64,000 bases of DNA from the human T2T-CHM13v2.0 reference genome, Homo sapiens. The DNA lies in assembly GCF_009914755.1 (NCBI RefSeq), contig NC_060926.1. One strand, given 5' to 3'. Positions 13,031 through 26,640 of this stretch are shown here, in pieces; within the stretch, counting starts at the first letter, position 1; each line of letters begins with the position of its first letter. The position numbers were made by a program, and so were the translations under genes. The notes under the pieces were generated by a model. It saw nothing but the letters and a program-made list of their open reading frames with translations. It made no database searches and was not told the origin of the DNA.

Positions 13031-14429
13031 AGTATTGTATTTTAAGAGGGAAAAATATCAAGAGCTTTGCTCTAGACATTCTTAAGTTGGGAGAGGTGGG
13101 AGCAAAGGGAGATTCCCCTTGGCCTGTCCACCCATCCTCCCAGTCTGTCATGTGGGCTTGCCTCCTTTCCTTTCTCCTTTGCTTCTTCTTTTAATAAATG
13201 CTTGTTTATTGGTGGGTTAGTTGTCTGTAATGATTTAGTTTTAATTTTTTAGTGTATTTGGTCACTAGTGACTCTCTTAATGGTCAAATATTCTAAAGCT
13301 CCCTAACTTCATTTCTAATTCAGACTAAATGAAGAATAAACTGTTTAATATCTGAATATAATTACCGGAAACCCTCGGGATCTCTATGGTGAATATTTAT
13401 TAAATTGATGCTCTTATGAGCAAATTTGGTAACACTGCATTTTTGTGATGCAACTCCTATTGTAAACACAGTAAAGAGTTCCACATCTGAAAGATACCAA
13501 ATGAGTCAAAGCTGACCTGCAGCTCTACAGAAGTTGTTTATCTAGAGCAGTTTGCTCAACTACAGTTCTTCCAGAAGGCATTTTTAATTATGATATCTCA
13601 TTGCCATTCCAGTCACAAGCCAGTTTCAACTGGGACATACAAATCCAAATGACAAGTATCTCTACACATGTGAATTAAACTAGTATAACTGAGTCTTGCC
13701 TAGGACATGTGACCCCAAGGTATTTCAACCAGTATTGCAGTAAGCTAACGTATTTTAAGCTAAAAATGTCACCATGAAGAATTTTAAACAATATATCTTT
13801 TATGAGTAATAGAATCTTTTTTGAACCTAGAATGTTTTAATCACAGCAAATAAGTATTCCAAAATAAATTACCTGTCTCTTAGACTGAGCATTTTAAATG
13901 TTAAATGGATAATGCAGTTAGGAAGAACCACAAAAAAGATCAGGTTAATAGCATAAATGTTTCAGATTATTTTAAGACTATTTTAATATATGTGGTTAAA
14001 ATGGAGGCACCTCAGCTGTATTAATTTTTCTAATACTTTTAAAAATTCAGAGGCCCATACATCTAAAATATGTATATCATGCCATTATTTAATCATCTTT
14101 TAAAGAACAATTTTAGTTAAAACAGTATTTCATTTTCTGTAATTTTTCATAGTTTGCTTTCTGTAATTATATTATTAAATTATTTAACAGTATTGAATTA
14201 TTGAATCAAAATAAGAATTATAATATTAGCCCTTACCCTTCATCATTAGAGTTTTTGAAATTATGTGTACATATTGATAAAGTACTTTAATAGGTTATAC
14301 AGGATATTTCAAGATGCTTGAACAGATTTGCCTTCGCTGCTTTATAGGAGTTAGTAATTACATTTACCATCTCATAAAAGCAACAATGCTCTTAAATCCT
14401 GTATTTTCTTATTACTATTATTATTTTCC

Positions 14430-15320
14430 CCTTATCTGGGTTTTAAAATCTTCTTTATTTTGAGAAATGTTAAAAATTGTAAATGCAGAGAATAAAATGG
14501 AAATGTTAAGTACTCACATCCTGTAATTAAAAATTATTAAAAATTCATTTTTTATAAAAAATATTGAACATAAAATTCAAGTCCCCTTTGCCACATTTTC
14601 TCTTCCCCATAGCTAACCACTAGTATGTAATGTTTCAATTGACTTTGTATACTTTTATGTCAATACATATACAGTACTTATATATTATATACATATATAT
14701 TAACACCTGTGTAACCAATATTTTGTGTTGCTTTTTTTTTTTACATCAAAGATGGTAGGTGTAGTTTATGTGCCATTGTACACCTTGATTTTTTCCATTT
14801 GAGATCCAGCCACATTGAAATGTGTAAATCTAGTTCATTCTTTTAACTGCTCTTGTATATTTATATCATAGACGTTAAACTGTTTAGCCATTCCATTGTT
14901 GAAGTTTTACAATATTGTAAGTGAACATTTTTGAACATATATCCTGGTTCACATGTGTAAGATTCTGGAAAATATGTAATGAGAAGTAGACTATTTGGAT
15001 CATAATGAATGTACATTTTTAATTTTTCTAGATCTTGCTGGTTTGAAGCAGCTTTCTGAAGTAGCTCAACAGTTGCCACCCGCTTGAGCAGTGTAAAAAA
15101 GTTCCCGGTTCATTTTCTCTTGCTTGCTTGCTTTCTTTCCTTCTTTCTTTCTGCCAATATTTAATATTGAACAGGCTCTTTAATTTTTGCCAAACTAACG
15201 TTATCTCATTTAACTTTGCATTTTCTCAATTACTGTTGGGGTTGAATATGTTTTCATATGCTATGGTCCATTTGAGTGTCCTCCGGCTGTTGATGTTGTT
15301 TGCTCATTTTTCTAATGAGT
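14430..15320 (-). mobile_element. Old L1ME-like fragment
   Basis: tctagttcattcttttaactgct...gaacatttttgaacatatatcctggttcacatgtgtaaga...ctcatttaactttgcattttctc. Confidence 0.6.
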
Positions 15321-17117
15321 AATTTGGCTTGTTATTTTTGGTTCTATCATTAGTTTTTTAAAGCTAAAATAACTCTGGGATATATTTCTTAAAATAGTAC
15401 AGATCCTAGTACATTGTAGAACAAAGTACACCATATTGATCTATTTTAAGAATATGAACATTAGTACAGTGACACGTATGTGGAAGAAATAACTTTCTTT
15501 CTACCTATAATATAATAATAAATCTCAAATTATCCAAACCTGCCACTTAGGGTAGGTGAAGGCCCAACTAATATTACTCTCAGTTTCTATTTCCACATTT
15601 TCTTTAGTGACTCTGCATTTATTTTTTTCTGCAAATATTTATGATGTCTTTTCTAAATTCATTCACTAAATACTTAGCTTTTCCTGTTTTCTAGAGCTAC
15701 AAAGAGACAAGCTTAGAAATTTGCCTTCTATCAGCAAGAGACCATTGTGCGTAACTAAACCAGGTGATGAAGTGTCTTCCTAGCAGCATAAAATGTATGC
15801 CTGTATTTTATTATTTTTAGTTTTGTGAAGAATGCTGTTGATGAGGTTGCACTGGTTCTCCTAGCTCTGTCCCAGGATGCCTTACCTTGGTATCTTTGAT
15901 TATCATATCCTTTGGTAAAAATCCCTTTCTATAATTATAGTGTAGGAAAGAGAATAGCAGCAGTTGAACACCTATTATGTAATTTGCAGTTTGATAGTAA
16001 ATGTCTCGTGCATGTTATCCTCTTACTCTTCAGTAGCATTTCATTTTTGGTCTTGGCGGTGGTGGTGTGTTTTGCTTTGATTTGGTTTTATTTATTGTAC
16101 ACCTGAATCTAACATGAGGCTGACATTTTCCCCTAAAGATAGTGTTTTTCTCTTGCTTTACCATTGGAGTGTCAAGGGGGTGGGAAGACTTCAGTACTCC
16201 ATTTACCTCCTTCTTGCCACTGCACCCCTCCAAACACATGCTATCTAGGTAAAAGTTGTGTTGGCTGTACCGAGGCATCTGTGAGAGTCCTCGTCTCCAG
16301 CCCCACCTCCACTACCACTATTTTGTCTCTCCTATCTGGAAACTCTGAAGCGCTTGATATTTCTATTCCTGGTCTTTCACAAACATGTACAAGAGGTCAT
16401 ATAAATGTTAATTCAACAACTCTAGGAAACAACCTTTAAAAATATATTGTCTGTTGCCACTAATGTACTTAGCGCAGTTAACTATTTTAGGGGGAAATTT
16501 TTTGTAATTCCTTCATCTAATCACTTTAATATTCATGATGAAATAAAGGAAGGTTGGTAGTAAACTCTCATTCTCATTACCATTTGGCAGGTTAAGGACA
16601 TAGAGCAACAAGAGCAATATGTGTGATGTTTCCTTAACCCTTCAAAGAACTACCCTAGACAGCTCTAATCCAGTGATGTATGGGAAAGGAAACTGAAAAT
16701 GTGATTATCTACCTAAAAGTGAGGGCCATCCACTAGTGCGTTTTCAGCAGTTAATCAGCTTGTCGTAAAAATGTACATGGCATGTCTGCCTAGGGATGGG
16801 GGTGGGGGACAAACATGACAAGTTTGCCAGACTTTATATTGTCTGAATTGTTATTATAGTTATCTTCCCTGAGGCTTCACAATGTATTTAATAAGAAATC
16901 AATATAATCTGTTTTTGCATAGATTTTTCTATGCTGCTGTTGTGTTACTCCACAATTAAATAGGAGAAAAACACTCTAAAACTGAAGCAGGAAAAAGTGT
17001 GTAGACTACAGATTTTCACAGCTAAAAAAACTCCCATTAAATACCTACACATTTTAACCACTGTCAAATGTTTGGTTTGCATTAATAGACTGCTTATAAT
17101 CCAAGGAGGAATTTCTT

Positions 17118-17119
<2 letters not shown>

Positions 17120-17169
<50 letters not shown>
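17120..17169 (+). repeat. Perfect (GT)25 microsatellite
   Basis: Uninterrupted gt repeat counted from the sequence. Confidence 0.98.
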
Positions 17170-17171
<2 letters not shown>

Positions 17172-17569
17172 TGTGTATTTCTTCTAGACTTTTTTTTTTT
17201 TTTGGAGAAAAATAATAGCCAGTTATTTTAGGATCCTATGATGTGTAGTCTTTGCTTCAGTCCAAGTCAATTAAAGATTGATCTACTTCCCAGATTTAGT
17301 TACATTATCAATAATGGGGCTATTTCAGCCACAGAGAAAATTCAAGTAAAATTATCAACCATAATACAAGAACTAATGCTTACAAAGTACAAAATGCAAA
17401 AGTGTATCTGTTTTCTGAACAACATTAGCAAATGTCTTTCAGTAAAGACATTTGTAAATGACAACTGAAATAGTATTATATCATAAATGAACATGAAGCA
17501 AAGGGAGAAATTATATTACTGAATGAAGTAGTTTAATCAGAATAAGTCTAGAAGTTAACTTGGTAGAAC

Positions 17570-18390
17570 TTCGCAACCACTAACAAAATAGTGACAAACC
17601 AATGATCACCAATGGCTACTAAAATCATCAGCTGGAAAGGTAGTGAGAAGTTTTACAATGAATGGATCAGGCTGACAGGACATGAACCCACTTATCTATC
17701 TTATGTTAATATCACAGAAAGGGAGACAGCCAGAAATCACAGTCACCTGATACGATGCAATGAGAAGTATGTAACGTCACCCATGACATGTTCTTGCCCT
17801 AAAATTACTTAAGCATCTAGATATTAATATCAGTTTATGGGGAATACAGGAGACAGAGGAACATGTCAGTTGATACTGTACTGATACATTCATTAGAACC
17901 AGGCTAAAATTCTACAGAGCAAATGAAATTATTTCAAATAGGAAAAAGAAGAGAGGGGGAGGTAAAACTATATATCAGAAGATTTTTAGAGACATAGCAA
18001 CCAAATGTAACATATGGACCTTGTTTTGGTCCTGATTTAAACCACCCAACTGTTTTTAAATTGAAACAGGGAATATGAATACTGACTAGATACTTGTTGA
18101 TACTAAAAATTTTAATGTTAATTTTTGGTGTAATAATATTGTGGTTATGTTTTTTTTTAAAGTATCTATATTTAGAGATACATTTCAAGTATTTATTACT
18201 GAAGTAATAAGATGTCTTGAGTTTGCTTCAAAATAATCCAGTAATGTAGAGAATATAATGTAGAATAAAGATGTCAATGAAATAAGTTTGGCCACATGTT
18301 CATTTTCTTGTTGAAGCTGGGTAATAAATACAAAGAGTGTTTGTTATACTGTTTTTTATTGTATATATTTTAAATGTTGCATAACAGTTT
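17570..18390 (+). mobile_element. L1MC/ME-like 3' UTR fragment
   Basis: agacatagcaaccaaatgtaacatatggaccttgtttt...atgtcttgagtttgcttcaaaataatcca...ttgttgaagctgggtaat. Confidence 0.65.
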
Positions 18391-21300
18391 TTAAAATGTT
18401 AGGTGATTCAGATCTTAATTTTCTGACTGAAATTGCATTTTAAAAATTAACCATAATTTCAATGTTTATAAGATTAGTATGGTTATATTTCTTACAATCT
18501 GAGTAATAAATATTCTTTTTGAAAATTTAAATAAATATCATTTATTAGCTCTAACTTTTACCATTTAGAGATTATAAATTTACATAATATGTTCCACATA
18601 CCATCTAATACCTTTCCTATCAATGATGTTCACTCATGGCAATGAATGGGACAGGGAGAAAAAAGAGGGAAAGAAAGATTAAGTTAGTCAGCCTCTCCTC
18701 TGTTATGTTGTAAATTGTCATTTCTTTTTGGATTCATGTTTCTTAAAAGAAACCTGGACATTAAAGCTAGAAATTTAAGGCAGTCTTGACCAACCACTTA
18801 CCTTTTCTGTTTGCCTTGAAGGGTACCTGTTCAACTCCTGATCAGTGTTTATGGATCACACACTGTTTATCAAGAATGCTGTTTTAAGAGACTTTACCCT
18901 GTCTCTCCATTATCATTATCATCATTCCTTCTTATTCATCCTCTTAGGCTTTTTTCTGCTTCATTCCCCTACAGCAGTAGTTAGGAACATGTGGGTGATA
19001 GAGAAGAGTAGGAAACCAGAGTGGTGGGTAAGGGGATATGGGATGAATTAGGGATCCATGAGAGTTTTCAGAGGGATTTAAAACATTCTAGAACCACTTT
19101 TCTAGGATCCAGATGTCTTACTACATAGAAACATAGTATATGCTATGTAGAATATTGACTGTTTCCTTATGGGTCCACTCTTTTTCCAGGATAGTTATTA
19201 ATAATCCTGGGTCTGTGGACTGTCACACATGTGAATTCATTCCTGCTTCTGCACTAAAACAGCTATTCATGTTTCTTGTCCATGAATCAAGAGCTGAAAA
19301 TGCTGTTACAGAGAGAAACCTTTCTTTTTCAAAAAGCAAGGCAGAAATTTAACAAGTGTATTATGCTCTCTCTTTTCACACTTACAATTAAATTTATTAA
19401 TGAAATTTTTACTGTTTATAAAAATTAAAAATCTTTACTCTGGATAATTAGTAGACAGAAAGTGAATATCATTCTTTAGACACACACCAGATTTAATAGT
19501 ACCTTTACATGAGTAGCAAAGAATTCTCTGTGTAAATGATTGGGGGAATAAATGTTTAATTACAAATTTAGGCTTAAAATTCCTTTTAAGTAAATTTTTA
19601 CATAGTCTTTTCAAAGCACTTAAAATATGAAATAATGTACGAAATTAAATTGTATGCATCAAATAAAACTATTTGTAATTATAAATTTCAAGGATTTGGT
19701 ATCCCAGCGTGTCTCTTACTGTAGACTGCTACAGCTTAGTCCCATGTTAATGCTGTGCCCAGTCTCACATAGAACAAATAGAAAAACAGGGCCCTTTTCT
19801 TGTTCCTTACCAGCATCTGCTTTATTTACAAGTATAACATATAGATGCTTTTATGCAGTTCTAGCAGAAAATAGTATGTTTATATGCCCTTTCTTATTTT
19901 AAATTTTTTTAAATTTCCTTTCTATTTCTTCACCTTTGGAAGGTTTTAGAAGAATAGAAATGAGGAAGGCAACAGCATTTTGTAGACCATGGACACAAAT
20001 AGTTCCCAGTAGCCCCTCTGTTTCAAGGCCAAATCTTTGCCCAAATAGGATCCTAGGTTTGTGGCAGGATATTTAGGAAGAGAGTCTGTTGTTGTGTTTA
20101 GCCATTTTACTCTTTTCATCTCAGTTGCTTTCATTCTTTCAAATGTCACTTGAAATATTAGAAAACCTTCCTTTTCTGATTTCTACTTTGACTAGTTGGA
20201 ACACCTGTTGTGGGATGGGCATAAACAGAAGTCATGTTTCCTGTATAATTTATAGGGATACCAGAGGGAACTGTTTGTCTCATTTTTGTCTAGTACTACG
20301 TCCTTTTTGATCTTCCCTTTCCCATATGGTCTTCTGACTCTTTTATTCATAGATTCAAGGCACTAACATAAAATGCTTTTGTCAAAGAATATTTAACATC
20401 TTCTGAAATTTGTTCACCTCTAGTCCCTATGAAGGTTACTTGAACTGTATTTCCTGTTCCTTTCATGTTTTTGCTGTGCATCAAATAAGCAACTTTCGCC
20501 TTCAGGAGGCTGATCATGATATTGTTTATTTAAATCTTAACTTTCCCTGGAATGCGTTTTAGACAGCTGTTATAGGGATCCAAAAATATACAGTAGAGTA
20601 GCACAAAGGAAAAGTAGAATGAAGAACTGAGAAAACAAGTATGAAAACAAAATAGGGCCATGAATAAGACCAAACATGTTCACCACAGTAGCTGGGCATA
20701 CATTTTACTCAAACTTGCTAGCAGCCAATGTAAACCAAGAGTGGACTTTTTTTCCACATTTTGCTGTCCCTGTTGCTCATGATTTTGTAAAGACTAAAAT
20801 TGTAAAAGCACATTCTGAGCATGGCCAAGTTTTTCAGGTAAAGTGTCACTGAGGGAAATATGAGTCTGACTCTAGGCCCTTGACCTTTTCTGCCTTCCAT
20901 GAGGTATCAGGTCTGCCTTCCTATAGCCATCTTGTTTGCTCATTCTGTTGGTCACACCAGTGGTTGGGTTTGGAGTGGAGATGGATTGACGCAGAGCCTC
21001 ACTGGTGGAAGGCAACTCAAGCCTCATGTCCTGTTGCTGATGGGTCAGGAACAGCTATAGCCTACATGAAGGGTGTCATTTTTAATTCAAGTGCTCTTGC
21101 TTTTCTGTAACCTCGATATCACCCTCAGATCATATAAATAATTATGAAAAGAAGCCCTTTGCCCTGTCTCATTTGTTATGCCTTGCTTAGTTCAAACTAT
21201 AGGCATGTACCATTTTCAGGGGCAAGGTCATAACACATAAAAATAACTAAACTACAGTTAGGCACCTGTTGTCACATTTTCACTTTTCCTGGCTGCTGAG

Positions 21301-23372
21301 ATCTTGGGAATAGCCTTAGGAAGAGAGGGGACTAACGGCCATTCTGATGAAAAGCCAGGAAGAATTAATTAGTGGCCCTTTCTTGGGAAGAAAGAAATCA
21401 GTCTCCATCCAACAGAGAATTGCCCAGGATCTGACAGCATGGTAAAGAGACACTTGGTCAGTGAAAAACCAGGAATTTGGAGGAAGAGGTTTTGTTTTGT
21501 TTTTGTTTTCATTGAGATTGATTGTGAATGGACACTAAGTAAATTTGGAAGGGGTTTCAAAAAATATAGTTAAATACTAAGGAGGATTGCTTTCAGAATA
21601 TTTTTGCTAAGAAATCATTACTGCCTGGATTTGTGATTTTTCAAACTAGGGTCCTGAGAGCCCCTCCGAGGTGGTAGTGAATGTGGTGGTGGAGATATTT
21701 GTTTGCCTTCCAACTCCCTCGTCCTTCAGCTGGGCAAAGCAGTTCACTTTCACTGTCTTCACGTGTTGACCTTCCTGTCTTCACCTTACTGAACTAGCTT
21801 AGTGCAACGATGAAGAGCTATCCAAACTTGTTTTGGGAAGAATAATCATGACATATTGTTTAATTTGTGTAACTGCTCTATTTGTTCTGACGTTAAGACA
21901 GAGAGCATAAGTCTCTAGTGTAAAGAATTTATTTCCCGGGCAATCCTTACCTGACTAAGAGCAACAGATAAAGGCCCTGTTTCCCAAACAGGAAAAACGG
22001 AACTGGTTGTAACCTAACAGTTACCTATTAGTAAGTGGTATGAATTTTCAGAACATCAGAAGACAGGTTATAGCATTAGAGAACCCTCTATTCCATCTTA
22101 GTCTTCTAGATCCTACTTCTCACCATGCTTATTGTAAATATAAAATGAGCTCACGGACATTCTTCTTGAGGGTCAGGGTAAGGAGAAATCTGACCTGCCC
22201 ACAGGTGAATGCCTGGTCTTAATAAGACCAGGGACTTCCATAGGAATTATATTCAAAAAGCGGTATTCTCAGCATAAATTCACGAGCACTCAAGAAAGCT
22301 AAAGCAAAGAATGCATTTAACCTAGCTAAGAATTCACAAGAAACTAATGGAATATTTTACAAATGCATTAAGAGATAGACGGAGTAAAGTTTTAAATGTA
22401 CTAATTAAAACAGAAGCCAAAGCAATGTTAGATAGAAATAAAAATCTTAAAGTATGTTGTATCTCCTGATCATAATTGAAGATTTCATTTAATTATAATT
22501 AATGACGATATAGAAATTTAAGTGTTTGACAGAATGTGTTAAACTTAGTTAAGGTAGTTTGTTTTAAATTTATCCTGTAACATTCTTAAGTAGAGACAAA
22601 CTTAAGAATCATTAGTAGTTATTTTGTCATATTTCCTTGGGGAGGGGAAAAAAAAATCCCAGATGCATAATGGGAAATACAGAGTGACAGGGAACTATGG
22701 AGCCCAGTTCACATAACTAAGAGGATTCTGGAATAATTCTTTAAAAAGCAATTTGTAATGCCTAGAGGATAACAAGGTGTTAAGTAATTGCAATGTGAAC
22801 TCATTGCCAAAAAATAAAATCACAAAATGAGTTTACCTTTTTTTTTTTTTAACTTAGAAATAGACCTTGGAATTGACTAAAAAGTAGACTTAGCTAGAAC
22901 TTCTCACAATAGATTTGGAATCCAGAAAGCCTATACATTTGCTAATGGAGTAATTTTGATTAGTGGAAAAATAAAGCCCACCAATGGCACAATAAAAGGT
23001 GAAACATATGTTACAAAATGAGCAAATCACAAATTGAAAGTAAGATAATAAAGAATTGGTGGAAAAAGAGAGAAATGCAGTTTGGAACTTATGTCCTGAA
23101 GCCACTGAGATTTCATCTGTAAACGTGGGCGTTTTTAAACTCTAATTCAATAATTAATATGTACAGAAATACAGACTTGTGTGGAACTTAGGATCAGAGC
23201 TCAAAATGGTAAAACTGAGAGAAAATTGAGGAGTGAAACATCAAGGAAAGGCCACAATGTACAAATGTATTTTAAAAATTTTTCATAGTAAAGATTAATA
23301 TACATCTGATTCATGTATTAATTACATCTATTTAATAGAAGAACACTTAAGAATAATTTAGAGAATATTGTG

Positions 23373-23455
23373 TACCAGGCACAGTGGCTCATGCCTGTAA
23401 TCCCAGCCTGGGCAATGAAATGAGACCTTGTCTCTTTAAAAAAAAAAAAAAGAAA
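23373..23455 (+). mobile_element. Internally deleted 'mini' Alu/FLAM with poly(A) and TSD
   Basis: Alu 5' end (ccaggcacagtggctcatgcctgtaatcccagc) fused to monomer 3' end (ctgggcaatgaaatgagaccttgtctct) + A-tail; TSD agaatattgt 23362-71 / 23456-65. Confidence 0.85.
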
Positions 23456-24616
23456 AGAATATTGTAATATTGTAAAAAACTATGGTGTGACAGTGAAAGT
23501 AGATCATGTAACGCTACTCATTTGAGATGGTTTAAACAGCCATTAAAGAGATCATCTGTCATGACACAGAGGGGGAGAAATGTCAGATTTCTTACACATG
23601 CAGCGTATTATTTTGGTGGTCTCCCAAACTGGCTTATTCCCAACCCCTTACGGTTTTTGAGCTGTGGAAGTCAAGGTGCAGTCTAGACTATGGCGTATAG
23701 TTCATATTCCATACCTGTCTCACTGGGGACTTCATGTTCAGATTCCTACCTGGGTGCTCCCAGTACCAGTTGACCTTCTTTTCATAGATGAGTATAAGGA
23801 GAGTTAGGTCTTTGTTTTTGTTTTTAAAAGTTGCTTCACACTTTTGTTTGTGATAGATATGTGAATGTCTCTTTAGTCGGCATAGTGCTGGGCCCTGTGA
23901 CATTGACATCAGAGTCCTCTCTTGTAGAATGCTCTTCTCACCATGTATTCCCAGCCTCTAACAATGGCTGGTGCTCAATAAATGATCAACAGATATTTGT
24001 TGAATGAATCCATACGATATATGCAGTAAACATCTTTTCTATAAGATACAAAGAGCCCAAATCGGGAGGAATCTGTCTCTTTTGCAGAATGATTGAAACA
24101 GTTTCTAAAATTATGTAGCATTAATCTTTAAAACAACAACCCAAAGAGTGAAGATCAGCTATCATCTATTTAAGCATCCTACTCAATGCCAGTTCCTGGT
24201 TAGATGCAGGTAGAATTAATATACTATCTTTACTCTCAAGAAGGCTGCAGTCTGCTAGTAGAACAGGTAGGTAAACAAATACTATGGTTACAATGTGAAA
24301 AGTGCAAAAATAGAGATAAATTATTGGGTACATTCACGATAAAAAGGAGGAGGTGACCAACTCTCCTCAAGGTAATTCTGGAAGGATGATTGTTGGTCAC
24401 CAGAGAGAAGGCTATAGATGGTACATAGTCTAGACAGTGGGACACACCCATGCTCCATTCATAAATAAAACAATTTCTAGGATAATTTGAGTTATCCCTT
24501 CTAATTAATACTGAGTAAAATTTAATTTGTTATTGGCTATGGTTTATTTTTTCAGCTATTAATGAGTTATATTCATATATAAATATACATGTGTGTGTAA
24601 AATTTCTTGACACAAT

Positions 24617-24935
24617 TATTTTTGTTTATTTTTTTGAAACAGGGTCTCACTCTGTTGCCCAGGCTGGAGTGTGGTGGCATGATCACAGCTCACTGCAGCC
24701 TTGCTTGCCTTGAGCCTTGCTCTCAGGCTCAGGCAACCTTCTCACCTCAGCCTCCCAAGTAGCTGAGACTAAAGGCACATGTCACCATGCCCGGCAATTT
24801 TTTTTTTTAAACTTTTCTGTAGAGATAGGGTCTCACTTTGTTGCCCCGGCTGGTCTCAAACATCTGGGCTAAGCAATCCTCCCACCTTAGCCTCCCAGAG
24901 TGGTGGATTATAGGCGTGAGCCGCTGTGTCAAGCC
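24617..24935 (-). mobile_element. AluJ-like element
   Basis: tttttgaaacagggtctcactctgttgcccaggctgg...gatcacagctcactgcagcc...taggcgtgagccgctgtgtcaagcc. Confidence 0.9.
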
Positions 24936-25298
24936 TGATTTTTTTAAATAAAGCAGTAAATTTTGCAATTTGACCGTATTCTGATTTCAGGCTAAGAACT
25001 GTTTCTTTTTCAGAAAGGAGTAACCCTTGGATCTTGTCCTAATTCAGTATGTCTTGCTAAGAGACTAGTAACAGTAGCTTGTGTATACGTGTGATAAAAT
25101 GAGCCCTACCTGAAAGAAGGTGAGGGAAATGGCATGGCAGAATTACCATGTGGCTCCATCCAGTTCTCTACTGTCCCCTCTCCTAGCGTTTACCTACTGG
25201 TATCCACTAAAGCAGGCTTGCTCACATCAGACAGAGGAACCAGGAGAAAATTGGGTACCAACTTAAGTAAAACATTTTTTAAAAATATTCCTGTTATT

Positions 25299-25587
<289 letters not shown>

Positions 25588-25759
25588 AAAAATATTCCTG
25601 TTATTATAGAACGTGATACAAAGTGAAGGTAAACTTTAGAGCATTCTGTTTCATGGGTATATAAACAAGTTATATGGTACCTGCATGTGCCATTCTAGAA
25701 TTTGAGTAATTCTGAAAGAATTTCCAGACTCTATTCCTGCATGTTCTACCCTAAAAATA

Positions 25760-26380
25760 GCAGTGGAAGTGTGAAACAGTATGGTGTGTGAGGCAACTGC
25801 AAGCAGTTAGAAATGCTTCAGATGTAGGTTTGTGTGGGAAAGGGCACACTAGGAGGAGCCAGGTGGTGCAGGGCCTTCTGTGCCATCTGAGATGTTTGCA
25901 TTTTATCCTGTATGGATCTGTTGTGCATTAGCAGCAGAAGAATGACATCAGAGGTGAGTGTTTGAAAAAAATCGCAGTAGTAGCAGCGTGGAAGAGAGCC
26001 TGGCAGGATGAGAAATGAAAGCCAGGAAGACCAGTTAGGAGAGAGACTGAAAGAATGACCCAGCCAAAAGAGGATAAGAGGATAAAGGCCAGAACAGTGT
26101 CAGTGGTAGTAGAGATGAATTCAAAATGAGTGATAGCCATGTGTCAGATACTGCCTTAGGCTCTGGCCATTGTCTGTAAACAAGGCCACCTGCCATACCC
26201 TCATGGAGGTTACACACTAGTGGGAAGAACAAATAGTAAAATTACTCCCTGCTCTTCAGTTTGAGTGACTGAAGGTGGGAATCACTAAACAGGAGTCAGT
26301 TTAGAGGGAAATAATTTCAATACGTTGAATCTGAGCTGTGTTACATATCCAGTATGCAGTTGGAAATAGTCTACAGTTAT
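25760..26380 (-). mobile_element. L2 fragment(s)
   Basis: Purine-rich gagatgtttgcattttatcctg...gaagaatgacatcagaggtgagtgtttg...ggaagaccagttaggagag, characteristic of antisense L2. Confidence 0.5.
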
Positions 26381-26436
26381 GAGTCTTGGGCCCTTTTCAG
26401 AGGGCTACTTTGTCTTTGTTAGTTTTAGGATAACAT

Positions 26437-26640
26437 CAGTCAGGATTTTTGGTTGCAAACAATAGAATCTTCTCTGGCTTATGTAAGCAGAAAAGCAACT
26501 TTTTAGGAGCTATTGGATATCAACTCATGGAGTCTCTAGGAAGGCCAGGGAGCCAGAATCTGAATCTGGGTTTCAAGGAGCAGTGCCTACTGCCACCACT
26601 GTATCCACCACAAATGCTCAGGATCACCCTATCTCCACAT
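26437..26640. mobile_element. Ancient ERVL/MaLR-class LTR fragment
   Basis: cagtcaggatttttggttgcaaacaatagaatcttctctggcttatgtaagcagaaaag, same family start as the 1760 copy. Confidence 0.5.

Noticed and set aside
16793-16808. Possible G-quadruplex gggatgggggtggggg
   Set aside because: Only three G3+ runs
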